From Nitrosopumilus maritimus SCM1 (GTDB taxonomy: Archaea; Thermoproteota; Nitrososphaeria; Nitrososphaerales; Nitrosopumilaceae), in the NCBI RefSeq assembly GCF_000018465.1, contig NC_010085.1:240001-272000 (forward strand): a stretch of 32,000 bases of DNA, given 5' to 3'. Shown here piece by piece: positions 1 through 9,075 of this stretch; positions within the stretch are counted from its first letter, which is position 1; each line of letters opens with the position of its first letter. A model generated the notes under the pieces. That model had not been told where the DNA came from and made no database searches. It saw only the letters and a list, made by a program, of their open reading frames with translations. Both the position numbers and the translations under genes were made by a program.

Positions 1-1200
1 GTTAGAACTGGATGTCCAGTTATCGGAATCATGGATTCTGGTGGTGCAAGAATTCAAGAAGGAATAATGAGTCTTGATGGATTTGCAGATATTTTTTATC
101 ATAATCAATTAGCTTCAGGAGTTGTTCCTCAAATTACAGCAAGTATTGGTCCTTCTGCAGGTGGCTCAGTGTATTCACCAGCTATGACAGACTTTGTCGT
201 AATGGTGGAAAAGGCAGGATCAATGTTTGTTACTGGTCCTGATGTTGTAAAGACAGTTTTGGGTGAAGAAATTTCAATGGATGATCTTGGTGGAGCTATG
301 ACACATGGTTCAAAAAGTGGAGTTGCACATTTTGTTGCACAAAACGAATACGAATGTATGGATTACATCAAAAAATTAATCTCTTACATACCACAAAATA
401 ATTCTGAAGAACCACCAAAAATAAAAACCGATGATGATCCAAACAGATTAGATAATAATCTCATTAATGTTATCCCAGAAAATCCATTACAACCTTATGA
501 TATGAAAGAAATTATCAATTCTATTGTAGATAATCATGAGTTCTTTGAAGTTCATGAATTATTTGCACCAAATATTGTCGTAGGTTATGCTAGAATGGAT
601 GGTCAAGTAGTTGGAATAATTGCAAACAATCCAATGCATTTAGCAGGAGCACTTGACATTGATTCATCAAATAAATCTGCACGTTTCATTAGATTCTGTG
701 ATGCATTTAACATTCCCATTATCACTTTAGTAGATACACCAGGTTACATGCCAGGTTCTAATCAAGAACACAACGGTATCATTAGACATGGTAGTAAATT
801 GCTCTATGCATACTGTGAAGCAACCGTTCCAAGAATTACACTTGTAATTGGAAAGGCATATGGTGGCGCATACATTGCAATGGGAAGTAAGAACCTTCGA
901 ACTGACATTAATTATGCATGGCCAACTGCACGTTGTGCTGTACTAGGTGGTGAAGCTGCTGTAAAAATCATGAACAGAAAAGATTTGGCAGACGCAGATA
1001 ATCCTGAAGAACTTAAGAAGAAATTGATTGATGAGTTTACAGAAAAATTCGAAAACCCATACGTTGCAGCATCACACGGAACAGTTGATAATGTAATTGA
1101 TCCCGCAGAAACAAGACCTATGTTGATTAAAGCCCTCAAAATGCTTGCAAACAAAAGAGAAAAACAACTTCCTAGAAAACATGGAAATATCAATTTGTGA
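1..1200 (+). CDS. pccB: Acetyl-/propionyl-CoA carboxylase, carboxyltransferase (beta) subunit; 5' end cut by window edge
   Basis: Frame 1 is open from nt 1 (VRTGCPVIGIMDSGGARIQEG...), so the Met at 31 in the ORF track is internal. It shows the carboxyltransferase hallmark DSGGARIQEG and a second crotonase-like half (GKAYGGAYIAMG). It is immediately followed by biotin carboxylase and BCCP genes. Confidence 0.93.
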   Translation, partial: VRTGCPVIGIMDSGGARIQEGIMSLDGFADIFYHNQLASGVVPQITASIGPSAGGSVYSPAMTDFVVMVEKAGSMFVTGPDVVKTVLGEEISMDDLGGAMTHGSKSGVAHFVAQNEYECMDYIKKLISYIPQNNSEEPPKIKTDDDPNRLDNNLINVIPENPLQPYDMKEIINSIVDNHEFFEVHELFAPNIVVGYARMDGQVVGIIANNPMHLAGALDIDSSNKSARFIRFCDAFNIPIITLVDTPGYMPGSNQEHNGIIRHGSKLLYAYCEATVPRITLVIGKAYGGAYIAMGSKNLRTDINYAWPTARCAVLGGEAAVKIMNRKDLADADNPEELKKKLIDEFTEKFENPYVAASHGTVDNVIDPAETRPMLIKALKMLANKREKQLPRKHGNINL

Positions 1201-2693
1201 TTAAAATGATTGAGAAAGTACTTATTGCAAACAGAGGAGAAATTGCTCTCAGAGTAATTAGAACATGTAATGCATTAGGTATCAAGACTGTTGCAGTATA
1301 CTCTGATGAGGATTACAATTCTTTACATGTAAAGAAAGCTGATGAATCTTATCACATTGGGGAAGCAGCTCCTGCAAAATCTTATCTTAATCAAGAAAAA
1401 ATTCTTGAAGTGATGCTGTCATCTGGTGCAGATGCTGTACATCCAGGTTATGGTTTCCTTTCTGAAAATGATGACTTTGCAAGATTATGTGAAAAAAATA
1501 AAATTAATTTCATTGGTCCATCTGCTGACTCCATGAATCTATGTGGTGATAAGATGGAATGTAAAGCAGCAATGTTAAAAGCTCAAGTTCCAACAGTACC
1601 TGGAAGTCCAGGATTAGTAGATACCGCAGAAGAAGCAGAAAAAATTGCAAATGAAATTGGTTATCCTGTACTCTTGAAATCAGTTTATGGTGGTGGAGGT
1701 CGTGGAATCAGATTAGTTACCACTGATCAAGAACTACGAGAAGGTTTTGAAACAGTAACTTCTGAATCTATTGCTGCTGTAGGAAAATCTGCAATCATTG
1801 TTGAAAAATTCCTAGAAAAAACAAGACACATTGAATATCAAATGTGTAGAGATCATCATGGTAATGCTGTACACCTCTTTGAGAGAGAATGTTCTATTCA
1901 AAGAAGAAATCAAAAACTAATTGAACAAACTCCTTCCCCTGTTGTAGATGAAGCAAAACGAGAAGAGATTGGTGAATTAGTTGTTAAAGCAGCAGAAGCT
2001 GTCAATTATACTAACCTTGGTACTGCAGAATTCCTTAGAGCAGATAATGGTGAGTTTTACTTTATTGAGATTAATGCAAGACTCCAAGTAGAACATCCAA
2101 TCAGTGAAATGGTTTCAGGATTAGACTTTGTAAAATTACAAATTGATATTGCAAACGGTGAAACACTTCCATTCAAACAAAAAGATCTAAAGATGAATGG
2201 TTATGCAATTGAATGTAGAATCAATGCTGAAGACACATTTTTGGACTTTGCACCTTCAACTGGACCTGTTCCAGATGTAACGATTCCTGCAGGACCAAAT
2301 GTCAGATGTGACACTTATCTATATCCTGGATGTACAGTATCTCCATTTTACGATTCATTGATGGCAAAACTCTGTACATGGGGACCAACATTTGAAGAAT
2401 CTAGAACTAGAATGCTTACTGCATTAAATGATATGTATGTTCAAGGTGTTGAAACATCAATTCCACTTTACAAAACAATTCTAAACTCTGAAGAATACAA
2501 AAACGGTGAACTATCAACTGACTTTTTGAAACGTTATGGCATGATTGATAAACTATCTGAAGACCTTAAGAAAGAAAAAGAAGACAAGAGTGAAGCTGCT
2601 TTGGCTGCAGCCATTATTCATTCTGAATACTTTAAGAACAGAGTTCAAAATGATAACGCAAGCAGTGCAACTTGGAAAAATAAATTGGATTGA
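1197..2693 (+). CDS. accC: Biotin carboxylase (ATP-grasp) subunit of acetyl-/propionyl-CoA carboxylase
   Basis: N-terminus KVLIANRGEIALRVIR, glycine-rich loop GGGGRGIR, and FIEINARLQVEHP. The GTG at 1197 overlaps the pccB stop (GTGA). The ATG at 1206 (MIEKVLIANRGE) is an equally plausible start. Confidence 0.95.
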   Translation: MIKMIEKVLIANRGEIALRVIRTCNALGIKTVAVYSDEDYNSLHVKKADESYHIGEAAPAKSYLNQEKILEVMLSSGADAVHPGYGFLSENDDFARLCEKNKINFIGPSADSMNLCGDKMECKAAMLKAQVPTVPGSPGLVDTAEEAEKIANEIGYPVLLKSVYGGGGRGIRLVTTDQELREGFETVTSESIAAVGKSAIIVEKFLEKTRHIEYQMCRDHHGNAVHLFERECSIQRRNQKLIEQTPSPVVDEAKREEIGELVVKAAEAVNYTNLGTAEFLRADNGEFYFIEINARLQVEHPISEMVSGLDFVKLQIDIANGETLPFKQKDLKMNGYAIECRINAEDTFLDFAPSTGPVPDVTIPAGPNVRCDTYLYPGCTVSPFYDSLMAKLCTWGPTFEESRTRMLTALNDMYVQGVETSIPLYKTILNSEEYKNGELSTDFLKRYGMIDKLSEDLKKEKEDKSEAALAAAIIHSEYFKNRVQNDNASSATWKNKLD

Positions 2694-2699
2694 TGATTA

Positions 2700-3212
2700 A
2701 TGGACTATAAGATAGCTGATGTTGAAAAATCATTTGAAGGAAAAATTACTGAAAACTTAGGTAATAATGATTATGTGATTAAGATCAATGACAAAGAACA
2801 TCAATTGAAAATCCTTAGCATGAATGCAAAAGGTATAGAATTCATTTTAGATCAACAATATCATAAAGCAAAATATCTTGAGACTGCAACTAATGAAATG
2901 AATCTTGTAATTGATAATGTTCCAGTTACATTAAACATGAATACTCACTTTGACGAAATAGTTTACAAAAACTCTGGCGGTGGTGGCGCAGGTGGTGCTC
3001 AAGTAGCACTCAAAAGTCAAATCCCTGGTAAAGTTGTGTCAATTGCAGTTGCTGAAGGTGACTCTGTCAAGAAAGGTGATGTAGTTTGTACTTTAGAATC
3101 AATGAAGATGCAAGTTGGAATAAAGGCACACAAAGATGGTGAAGTTAAAAATCTCAAAATTAAAGAAGGTGCAACTGTCGCAAAAGGCGACGTTATTGCA
3201 GATTTAGAATAA
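2700..3212 (+). CDS. accB: Biotin carboxyl carrier protein
   Basis: C-terminal biotinyl domain with the biotinylation motif E-S-M-K-M (TLESMKMQV). A Gly-rich hinge GGGGAGGA precedes it. Third gene of the carboxylase operon. Confidence 0.9.
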   Translation: MDYKIADVEKSFEGKITENLGNNDYVIKINDKEHQLKILSMNAKGIEFILDQQYHKAKYLETATNEMNLVIDNVPVTLNMNTHFDEIVYKNSGGGGAGGAQVALKSQIPGKVVSIAVAEGDSVKKGDVVCTLESMKMQVGIKAHKDGEVKNLKIKEGATVAKGDVIADLE

Positions 3213-3228
3213 AAAAGAAATTTTTTTC
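3213..3228. terminator. Short AT/T-run spacer between convergent accB and peroxiredoxin genes; likely bidirectional archaeal oligo-T terminator
   Basis: aaaaaagaaattttttt carries a T7 run on the + strand just after the accB stop and a T6 run on the - strand just after the peroxiredoxin stop. Archaeal termination commonly uses oligo-T tracts. Confidence 0.3.
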
Positions 3229-3693
3229 CTACTTGAGGAAATTTTTAATCTCTTCATAGTTTGGCTCTTTTAATGGATCTTCTGAAACCCATTTGTAACC
3301 AATTTTTCCGTCTTCCATAATTACAAATACAGAACGTTTTGCTGCGTTGTAGTCTTTGATGTGAAGCAAGTCTTTCATCAAAATGTCATAGTCGCTAATT
3401 GTTTTGCTGTTGTAATCCCCTAACAATGGAAAATTGAAGTTGTGTTTTTCTGCAAATGCTTTATTTGCAAATGGTCCATCGTTACTAATTGCAACTATTT
3501 GTGCACCTGTATCTGCAATTTCTTGCCAAGAATCTCTAAGTGTACACAATTCTGTCTCACAAACAGGAGAGCTTGCTGCCACAATGAATGTGAGAACGAT
3601 CTTTTTTCCTTTGAATTCATCCAAAGTCCGCAATTTTAGTTCTGTATCTGGAAGCTCAAAATTTGGAGCAGTATCTCCAACATTCAATGACAT
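3229..3693 (-). CDS. bcp: Peroxiredoxin, BCP/PrxQ-like (AhpC/TSA family)
   Basis: MSLNVGDTAPNFELPD... followed by SSPVCETELC (two Cys separated by 4 residues, the BCP pattern). I start at the ATG at 3693. The extra 31 codons in the ORF track (to 3786) run through the divergent promoter region and look non-coding. Confidence 0.85.
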   Translation of the reverse strand: MSLNVGDTAPNFELPDTELKLRTLDEFKGKKIVLTFIVAASSPVCETELCTLRDSWQEIADTGAQIVAISNDGPFANKAFAEKHNFNFPLLGDYNSKTISDYDILMKDLLHIKDYNAAKRSVFVIMEDGKIGYKWVSEDPLKEPNYEEIKNFLK

Positions 3694-3775
3694 GATCGCA
3701 TTTTGCCAATGTTCTATAAAGTAGTTTACAAAAAATATTTTTTTTCGATCCAAACCCCCAAATCTGAAACATACC

Positions 3776-3787
3776 TTTTTATACAAA
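3776..3787 (+). promoter_or_regulatory. TATA-like element TTTTTATACAAA upstream of nuoA
   Basis: The TATA-like motif is centred about 27 nt upstream of the nuoA TTG start at 3808. A GGTGA Shine-Dalgarno-like match lies at 3794-3798. The same 12-mer recurs at 4185-4196 before nuoB. Confidence 0.35.
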
Positions 3788-3807
3788 AATCAGGGTGAAA
3801 AGCTAAA

Positions 3808-4182
3808 TTGGTCGGGGAATTAGCGGGCAATTACAGTACTGTGGTATTGATGTTTGCCTTTGGTATAGCAGCAATGGCACCTGCATTGATTATTTCACGA
3901 ATGGTTTCTCCTCGAAAACGTAGTAACCCTGTAAAATTCTTGCCGATGGAATGTGGTCAAGTTCCGTCTGGTGAAGGCCGAACTCATTTTATGATGCAGT
4001 ATTATCCGTACATTCTCATGTTTGTTGTTTTTGATGTAATGGCAATTTTCTTGTATGCTTGGGGAAGTGCACTGTTAGAACTTCCAAAGAGTGCAACTTT
4101 GCCAATGATAGGATTTTTAGCTATAATGTTTGGTGCAATGGCATTTGCGTTATACCAATCAGGGAGACGAAGAATATGGTAG
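3808..4182 (+). CDS. nuoA: NADH-quinone oxidoreductase subunit A
   Basis: Three-TM small subunit with the conserved PMECG (YECG-like) loop and the FDV...FLY motif. A TTG start at 3808 is required to keep TM1 intact; the first in-frame ATG at 3850 would truncate it. Confidence 0.85.
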   Translation: MVGELAGNYSTVVLMFAFGIAAMAPALIISRMVSPRKRSNPVKFLPMECGQVPSGEGRTHFMMQYYPYILMFVVFDVMAIFLYAWGSALLELPKSATLPMIGFLAIMFGAMAFALYQSGRRRIW

Positions 4183-4222
4183 TTTTTTATACAAATCAAA
4201 TTAACGGGGATAGGAGATAAGA

Positions 4223-4747
4223 TTGCTTAAAGACTTAGTAACACCAGAAAACGCAAATGTCTTTGTAGGAAAACTCGGAGATATTTTAGAAAAAGCAATC
4301 GATAAACCATTGGGCTACGCCATCAATTGGGGTAGAATTTGGTCACTCTGGCCTGTCCACATTGAAACAGCTTGTTGCAGTGTAGAATTTGGCGCAGCAT
4401 CAAGTCCAAGATACGATGTTGAAAGATTTGGTATCATCGAAGCATTTGGATCACTTAGACAATGTGATCTAGTTGTTGTTCAAGGAACTATTACAAGAAA
4501 GATGGCACCACGTCTCAGATTAGTTTATGATCAAATGCCAGAACCAAAGTACGTAATTGCTATGGGAGCTTGTGCAATTACTGGAGGATTGTATTTCGAT
4601 TCATACAATGTACTTCCAGGAATTGACGGAGTAATTCCAGTTGATGTCTATGTTCCAGGTTGCCCACCTAGACCTGAAACTCTCATACAAGGATGTATTT
4701 TGTTACAAGAGAAAATTAAGAGAATGAAGGCTAGGAAGTTTGTATAA
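4223..4747 (+). CDS. nuoB: NADH-quinone oxidoreductase subunit B (N2 cluster subunit)
   Basis: Cluster ligand motifs CCSVEF, GACA and GCPP. TTG start with AGGAG 7 nt upstream. There is no in-frame ATG before the conserved core. Confidence 0.93.
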   Translation: MLKDLVTPENANVFVGKLGDILEKAIDKPLGYAINWGRIWSLWPVHIETACCSVEFGAASSPRYDVERFGIIEAFGSLRQCDLVVVQGTITRKMAPRLRLVYDQMPEPKYVIAMGACAITGGLYFDSYNVLPGIDGVIPVDVYVPGCPPRPETLIQGCILLQEKIKRMKARKFV

Positions 4748-5349
4748 TGAGTAGTGATTCTGAAAAACCAGCAGCAGCAAAACCTGAAGAGAAAGCAGCT
4801 CCTCCTAAGCCTGCACCAAAACCTGCAGCAAAGACTGAAGAAAAACCTGTAGAACTTCCTGCATTTGAAAAAGGAATTTCTGATAAACTAGTTGAAAAAT
4901 TTGGCGATAAAATTGAAGTAGACTTTGTAAAAGAAGACCGAGTTGGAATTAAAGCAAGTAAAGAAAGCGTTCATGATGTGGCACAATTCATTCGTGATGA
5001 CTTACATTATGACCATGCAGAATCTGTTTCAGGCGTAGATTATCCTGCAGATAATGAAATTGAGGTAGTTTATCATCTTGGCTCTTATACTGATTCTTCT
5101 CTTGCAAGGCAAGTTCTTACATTATCTACACGTGCTCCTAGAGAATCCTCTCCAATTCCAGGACAAGATTCTACAAAATTACCAAGTCTTAGAGATGTAT
5201 TCTACAGTGTGGAATTTGGTGAAAGAGAAGTTTTTGAAATGTTAGGTGTTTACTTTGATGGTCATCCAGATAATAGACGATTACTTTTGCCTGAAGATTG
5301 GGCAGATTTGCCACCACTTCGAAAGGACTTTGCAATAAAGGGTAGATGA
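4747..5349 (+). CDS. nuoC: NADH-quinone oxidoreductase subunit C (30 kDa) with Pro/Ala/Lys-rich N-terminal extension
   Basis: The C-terminal part carries the conserved ERE(V/I)xEMxG-like FGEREVFEMLGVYFDGHPD and LLLPEDW. Its start overlaps the nuoB stop (TAATG). Confidence 0.9.
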   Translation: MSSDSEKPAAAKPEEKAAPPKPAPKPAAKTEEKPVELPAFEKGISDKLVEKFGDKIEVDFVKEDRVGIKASKESVHDVAQFIRDDLHYDHAESVSGVDYPADNEIEVVYHLGSYTDSSLARQVLTLSTRAPRESSPIPGQDSTKLPSLRDVFYSVEFGEREVFEMLGVYFDGHPDNRRLLLPEDWADLPPLRKDFAIKGR

Positions 5350-6488
5350 CAATGACTGATATAATGCCACCAGGATTAGCACTGAAAAAAGTTGATGAGA
5401 GAATCATGACTCTTAATGTTGGACCACAACATCCAGGTTCTGGTCACATGAGAATTGTTGTTCAAATTGATGGTGACTATATTGTTGCATGTGATCCTGA
5501 TCCAGGATATGTACATCGTGGAGAAGAAAAGATGGCAGAGTATAGAAACTACATTACCAATGTGCCTCACTTAGAAAGACCTGTTATTCATGATTCATGT
5601 AATGTTCTTTATCCATACGTTTTAGGTGCTGAAGAAATTCTTGGAATTGAAGTTCCAGAACGTGCAAAATATGTTAGAGTAATCTGTTCAGAACTAAATC
5701 GATGTATCTATACAATGTATTGGCTTGCAATTTATGGAATTTTCTTAGGTCACTCTACAATGTTCATGTGGCCTGCAGGTGACCGAGAACTCTTAATTGA
5801 TCTCATGGAAAAAGTATCTGGTGCTAGAGTAACACATGCACACTTTATTCCGGGTGGAGTAAGAAATGACTTACCTGCAAACTTTGAAGATGTTTGTTTA
5901 CGTCAAGTAAATTACTTTGAGAAACGTATCAAAGAATATGCTGCAGTGTTTTATGATAATCCTATTTTGATTTCAAGAACACAAGACACTGGTGTATTGT
6001 CACGTGAAAATGCAATCAGATATGGAACAACTGGTTCAGTTCTTAGAGCAAGTGGTGTAGATTATGACTTGAGAGTTAAAGCACCATATGATGTCTATGA
6101 TGAATTAGATGTTCATACTAACGTATTGAAAGAAGGAGATTCCTATGCTCGTTCTAAAGTACCATGGCTTGACATGATGGAAAGTTGCAATATCATTAGA
6201 CAAGCACTACAAAAAATGCCAAAGTCTGGTTCTGTTAGAACAAAACTAAAACCAAACCCAAAGACAAAAGGACCTGCTACAGTATACAAACGCGTAGAAT
6301 CTGGCAGAGGTTCTCTTGGATGTTATATTGTATCTGATGGTAAAACTGAACCTTACAGAGTAAAAATGAGTGTTCCTTCATTTAGAAACTTACTTGCAAT
6401 GCCAAATCTTTTGATTGGTGAAAAACTTGGTAACATGCCATCAGTATATTGGAGTCTTAATTATTGGCCAGTGGAGGCAGATAGATAA
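5346..6488 (+). CDS. nuoD: NADH-quinone oxidoreductase subunit D (49 kDa)
   Basis: NVGPQHPGSGHMRI, HRGEEK and a C-terminal VEADR, typical of NuoD and NiFe-hydrogenase large subunit relatives. ATGA overlap with nuoC. Confidence 0.94.
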   Translation: MTMTDIMPPGLALKKVDERIMTLNVGPQHPGSGHMRIVVQIDGDYIVACDPDPGYVHRGEEKMAEYRNYITNVPHLERPVIHDSCNVLYPYVLGAEEILGIEVPERAKYVRVICSELNRCIYTMYWLAIYGIFLGHSTMFMWPAGDRELLIDLMEKVSGARVTHAHFIPGGVRNDLPANFEDVCLRQVNYFEKRIKEYAAVFYDNPILISRTQDTGVLSRENAIRYGTTGSVLRASGVDYDLRVKAPYDVYDELDVHTNVLKEGDSYARSKVPWLDMMESCNIIRQALQKMPKSGSVRTKLKPNPKTKGPATVYKRVESGRGSLGCYIVSDGKTEPYRVKMSVPSFRNLLAMPNLLIGEKLGNMPSVYWSLNYWPVEADR

Positions 6489-7787
6489 ATGTCAGCTCTG
6501 GCACCAAAATTCAAACTAAGTGAGTTTATCAAATCTCTTCTTGATAATGCATTTTGGGTAGTTCTGCTAGTATCGTTAATTGGATTACCTGCAATTCAAG
6601 TAGCATTCTTCTACATTGAAATGCCTGTAATCAATGGCGAATTACTTACACCATTCCTTGCAATGACTTGGTTGGCAGATCCTACACGTAGTTTACCAAT
6701 TCTCAAAGCATTCATGGCAACTGATATTTTTAGAGTAATGGCATTTCCAGGATTTGGATTTGCAGCACTCATAGCTGCTGCAACAATTTTTGTTGAAAGA
6801 AAAATGCTTGCTAAATTACAACTTAGAGTTGGTCCCTTCTATTGTGGAAAGATTGAAGGTATTTTACAATTAATGGGTGATGGTCTAAAACTAATTTCAA
6901 AGGAGATTATTATTCCAGCAAAGGCTGACAAGCCAATATTTTGGGCAGCTCCTGTAATCTTTGTTGCAACCGCTGCAGCATTTGTTGCGTTAATCCCTGT
7001 AGCTCCTGGTTGGGTAGTTGCAGATGTAGACTTGGGATTGCTAGGTGTTTTTGCAGTAATTGGTTTCTTCCCAATCATAACAATTCTTTCAGCATGGTCT
7101 GCTAACAGTAAATTCCCATTCATTGGCGGTATTAGAGCACTATTCCAGATGGTCTCATTTGAAATTCCACTGATATTGTCCTTGTTGGGAGTTGTAATTC
7201 TTACAGGTACTCTTAACTTATCTGAAATTGCAGCTAGCCAATCAAACTTCCCATGGATTATATTTTTGCCAGTTGGCGCAATTGTATTCTTTATCACAAT
7301 GCTTGCAGAACTAGAAAGAATTCCATTTGATTTGCCAGAAGCAGAAAGTGAAATTGTTGCCGGTTGGTTAACTGAGTTCTCTGGAATGATGTATGGTCTA
7401 GTTCAATTAGGAACCTATCTGAAACTTTATGCATTTGCAGGATTGTTTGTTGTTTTGTTCTTAGGTGGCTGGAACGGTCCAATGGTTGTTCCTCCATTCC
7501 CAGAAGAATTCCTTACTGGAGTTGAAATGGGTCCACTTACTGTAGGTCCATTCCCTGGATTGCCATTGTTTGATCAAGAAATGCTAAATGGAACATTATG
7601 GTTTGTTCTCAAAACTGTTGGAGTTATCTTCTTTATTCTCTTACCAAGAGGTGTCTTCCCAAGAATTAGAATTGATATGTTGTTGAGTCTTGGTTGGACC
7701 AAACTAATTGGACTTGCTTTCGTTAACATCTTTATTGCACTAGGCTTGCTTTACGCTGGAGTCTTGGGACCAGGAGGATTACAATAA
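6489..7787 (+). CDS. nuoH: NADH-quinone oxidoreductase subunit H (unusually long, 432 aa)
   Basis: FVERKMLAKLQLRVGP and AELERIPFDLPEAESEIVAG motifs in a polytopic membrane protein. TAAATG junction with nuoD. Confidence 0.92.
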   Translation: MSALAPKFKLSEFIKSLLDNAFWVVLLVSLIGLPAIQVAFFYIEMPVINGELLTPFLAMTWLADPTRSLPILKAFMATDIFRVMAFPGFGFAALIAAATIFVERKMLAKLQLRVGPFYCGKIEGILQLMGDGLKLISKEIIIPAKADKPIFWAAPVIFVATAAAFVALIPVAPGWVVADVDLGLLGVFAVIGFFPIITILSAWSANSKFPFIGGIRALFQMVSFEIPLILSLLGVVILTGTLNLSEIAASQSNFPWIIFLPVGAIVFFITMLAELERIPFDLPEAESEIVAGWLTEFSGMMYGLVQLGTYLKLYAFAGLFVVLFLGGWNGPMVVPPFPEEFLTGVEMGPLTVGPFPGLPLFDQEMLNGTLWFVLKTVGVIFFILLPRGVFPRIRIDMLLSLGWTKLIGLAFVNIFIALGLLYAGVLGPGGLQ

Positions 7788-8284
7788 TGGGAACTGCAAC
7801 GGGAATTATTCGTGCATTAAACTCGGGAATCAAACATATTGCAATTAAACGATTTACACTTCGTTATCCTGAAGAGAAACTCAAGTTTGTAGGTGATGGT
7901 TACCAATTTGATCCTTCAACTGGTGTTGGTATAGCTGGACTCAAAGGACGACACATGTTATTTCATGATCACTGTACTGGATGTCAATTATGTTCAATTG
8001 CTTGTGAAGGTGTTGCAGAAGCCATTGCAATGGTAAAAGTTCCTGAAGAGCAAAAACAAAATAAAAAATCTATCATGCCTCAAATTGATTATGGAAAATG
8101 TGTTTTCTGTGGTCTTTGTGTTGATGCATGTCCTTTCTATGCGCTTTACATGACAAATGATTATGAATTATCTTCATTTACTAAAGAAGGTCTGATTTAC
8201 ACTCCTGCACAACTTGCAGTAAAACCATATCTCACACAAGACAGTGAAATTCAAATTACTGATAGAGGTGCAACACATGGCTGA
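7787..8284 (+). CDS. nuoI: NADH-quinone oxidoreductase subunit I (2x[4Fe-4S] ferredoxin-type)
   Basis: Two CxxCxxCxxxCP-type motifs (CTGCQLCSIAC, CVFCGLCVDACP). TAATG overlap with nuoH. Confidence 0.92.
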   Translation: MGTATGIIRALNSGIKHIAIKRFTLRYPEEKLKFVGDGYQFDPSTGVGIAGLKGRHMLFHDHCTGCQLCSIACEGVAEAIAMVKVPEEQKQNKKSIMPQIDYGKCVFCGLCVDACPFYALYMTNDYELSSFTKEGLIYTPAQLAVKPYLTQDSEIQITDRGATHG

Positions 8285-8789
8285 TGCTGCATTCTTAGCC
8301 CTTACTGTCATTACAATTGGTTCTGCAATTGCTGCACTTGAATTAAGATCATTGGTTTATGGCTCTATTGCATTAATGGGAACTCTTGGCGGTATTGCCG
8401 GATTTTTCTTTTTACTAGATGCTCCATTTGTTGCATTGTTCCAACTTGCAGTTTATGTAGGTTCAATTGCTGTTCTTATCCTGTTTACTGTAATGTTGGT
8501 AAAAAGAGAACTCATATTCAAAAAAATTGAAGATAAAAGAAGAAAGTTTGCCGGAATTGGATTGATGCTTGTTATTATGGTTGCATTAGGTGCAGTCTTT
8601 TTAGATTCTGGAATTAAAACAATAACAACTGATGAACCACCTGTTGACTTTAGAGACATTGGTACAGACTTTGTAACATACTACTGGCCTGCACTAATTT
8701 TGATGGGATTAATTCTGGCTGGTTCTGTTACTGGTGCACTTGTATTAGCAAAACGAGAGGATGTGGAAAATGACCAACGAACTGATTGA
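8277..8789 (+). CDS. nuoJ: NADH-quinone oxidoreductase subunit J
   Basis: Hydrophobic subunit in the J position. I prefer the ATG at 8277 (MADAAFLALT...), which overlaps the nuoI stop as ATGGCTGA. The ORF-track start at 8244 lies inside nuoI. Confidence 0.85.
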   Translation: MADAAFLALTVITIGSAIAALELRSLVYGSIALMGTLGGIAGFFFLLDAPFVALFQLAVYVGSIAVLILFTVMLVKRELIFKKIEDKRRKFAGIGLMLVIMVALGAVFLDSGIKTITTDEPPVDFRDIGTDFVTYYWPALILMGLILAGSVTGALVLAKREDVENDQRTD

Positions 8790-9075
8790 TTTTACCCTTG
8801 TATCTGTTGCCTTGTTAGGTATAGGCATCTATGGTCTTGCAGTTAAACGTAATTTTATCAGAATGCTATTTGCAGTTGAGATTGTAATTAACGCTGCAAA
8901 TCTCAGTTTAGTAGCATTTGGTAGATTTTTGCCACATAGTGGTGGTCAAACATTAGCATTATTCTCTATTGCAATTGCAGCTGCAGAAGTGGCAGTTGGA
9001 CTATCATTAATCATTGTAGCATATCGTATGTATCAAAATGTCGATATTGCAGACTTTAGGAGCTTGAAAGGATAA
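8761..9075 (+). CDS. nuoK: NADH-quinone oxidoreductase subunit K
   Basis: About 100 aa with 3 TM helices and an AVEIVINAANL motif (ElmlnA-like). The ATG at 8770 (MTNELIDF) is an alternative start. Confidence 0.88.
   Translation: MWKMTNELIDFTLVSVALLGIGIYGLAVKRNFIRMLFAVEIVINAANLSLVAFGRFLPHSGGQTLALFSIAIAAAEVAVGLSLIIVAYRMYQNVDIADFRSLKG

Noticed and set aside
3694-3786. N-terminal 31-codon extension of the peroxiredoxin ORF (MYKKVCFRFGG...).
   Set aside because: The homologous Prx domain starts at MSLNVGDTAPNF (ATG at 3693). The extension would cover the nuoA promoter/TATA region.
6839-7297. 152-aa minus-strand ORF, together with other short antisense ORFs inside nuo genes (5189-5407, 5376-5570, 7294-7497, 8453-8659).
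   Set aside because: All are embedded antisense in well-supported, translationally coupled nuo genes and show no motifs.
8244-8276. Upstream start for nuoJ inside nuoI.
   Set aside because: The ATG at 8277 gives the typical ATGGCTGA start/stop overlap and an N-terminus that enters TM1 directly. The upstream 11 codons look like nuoI read out of frame.
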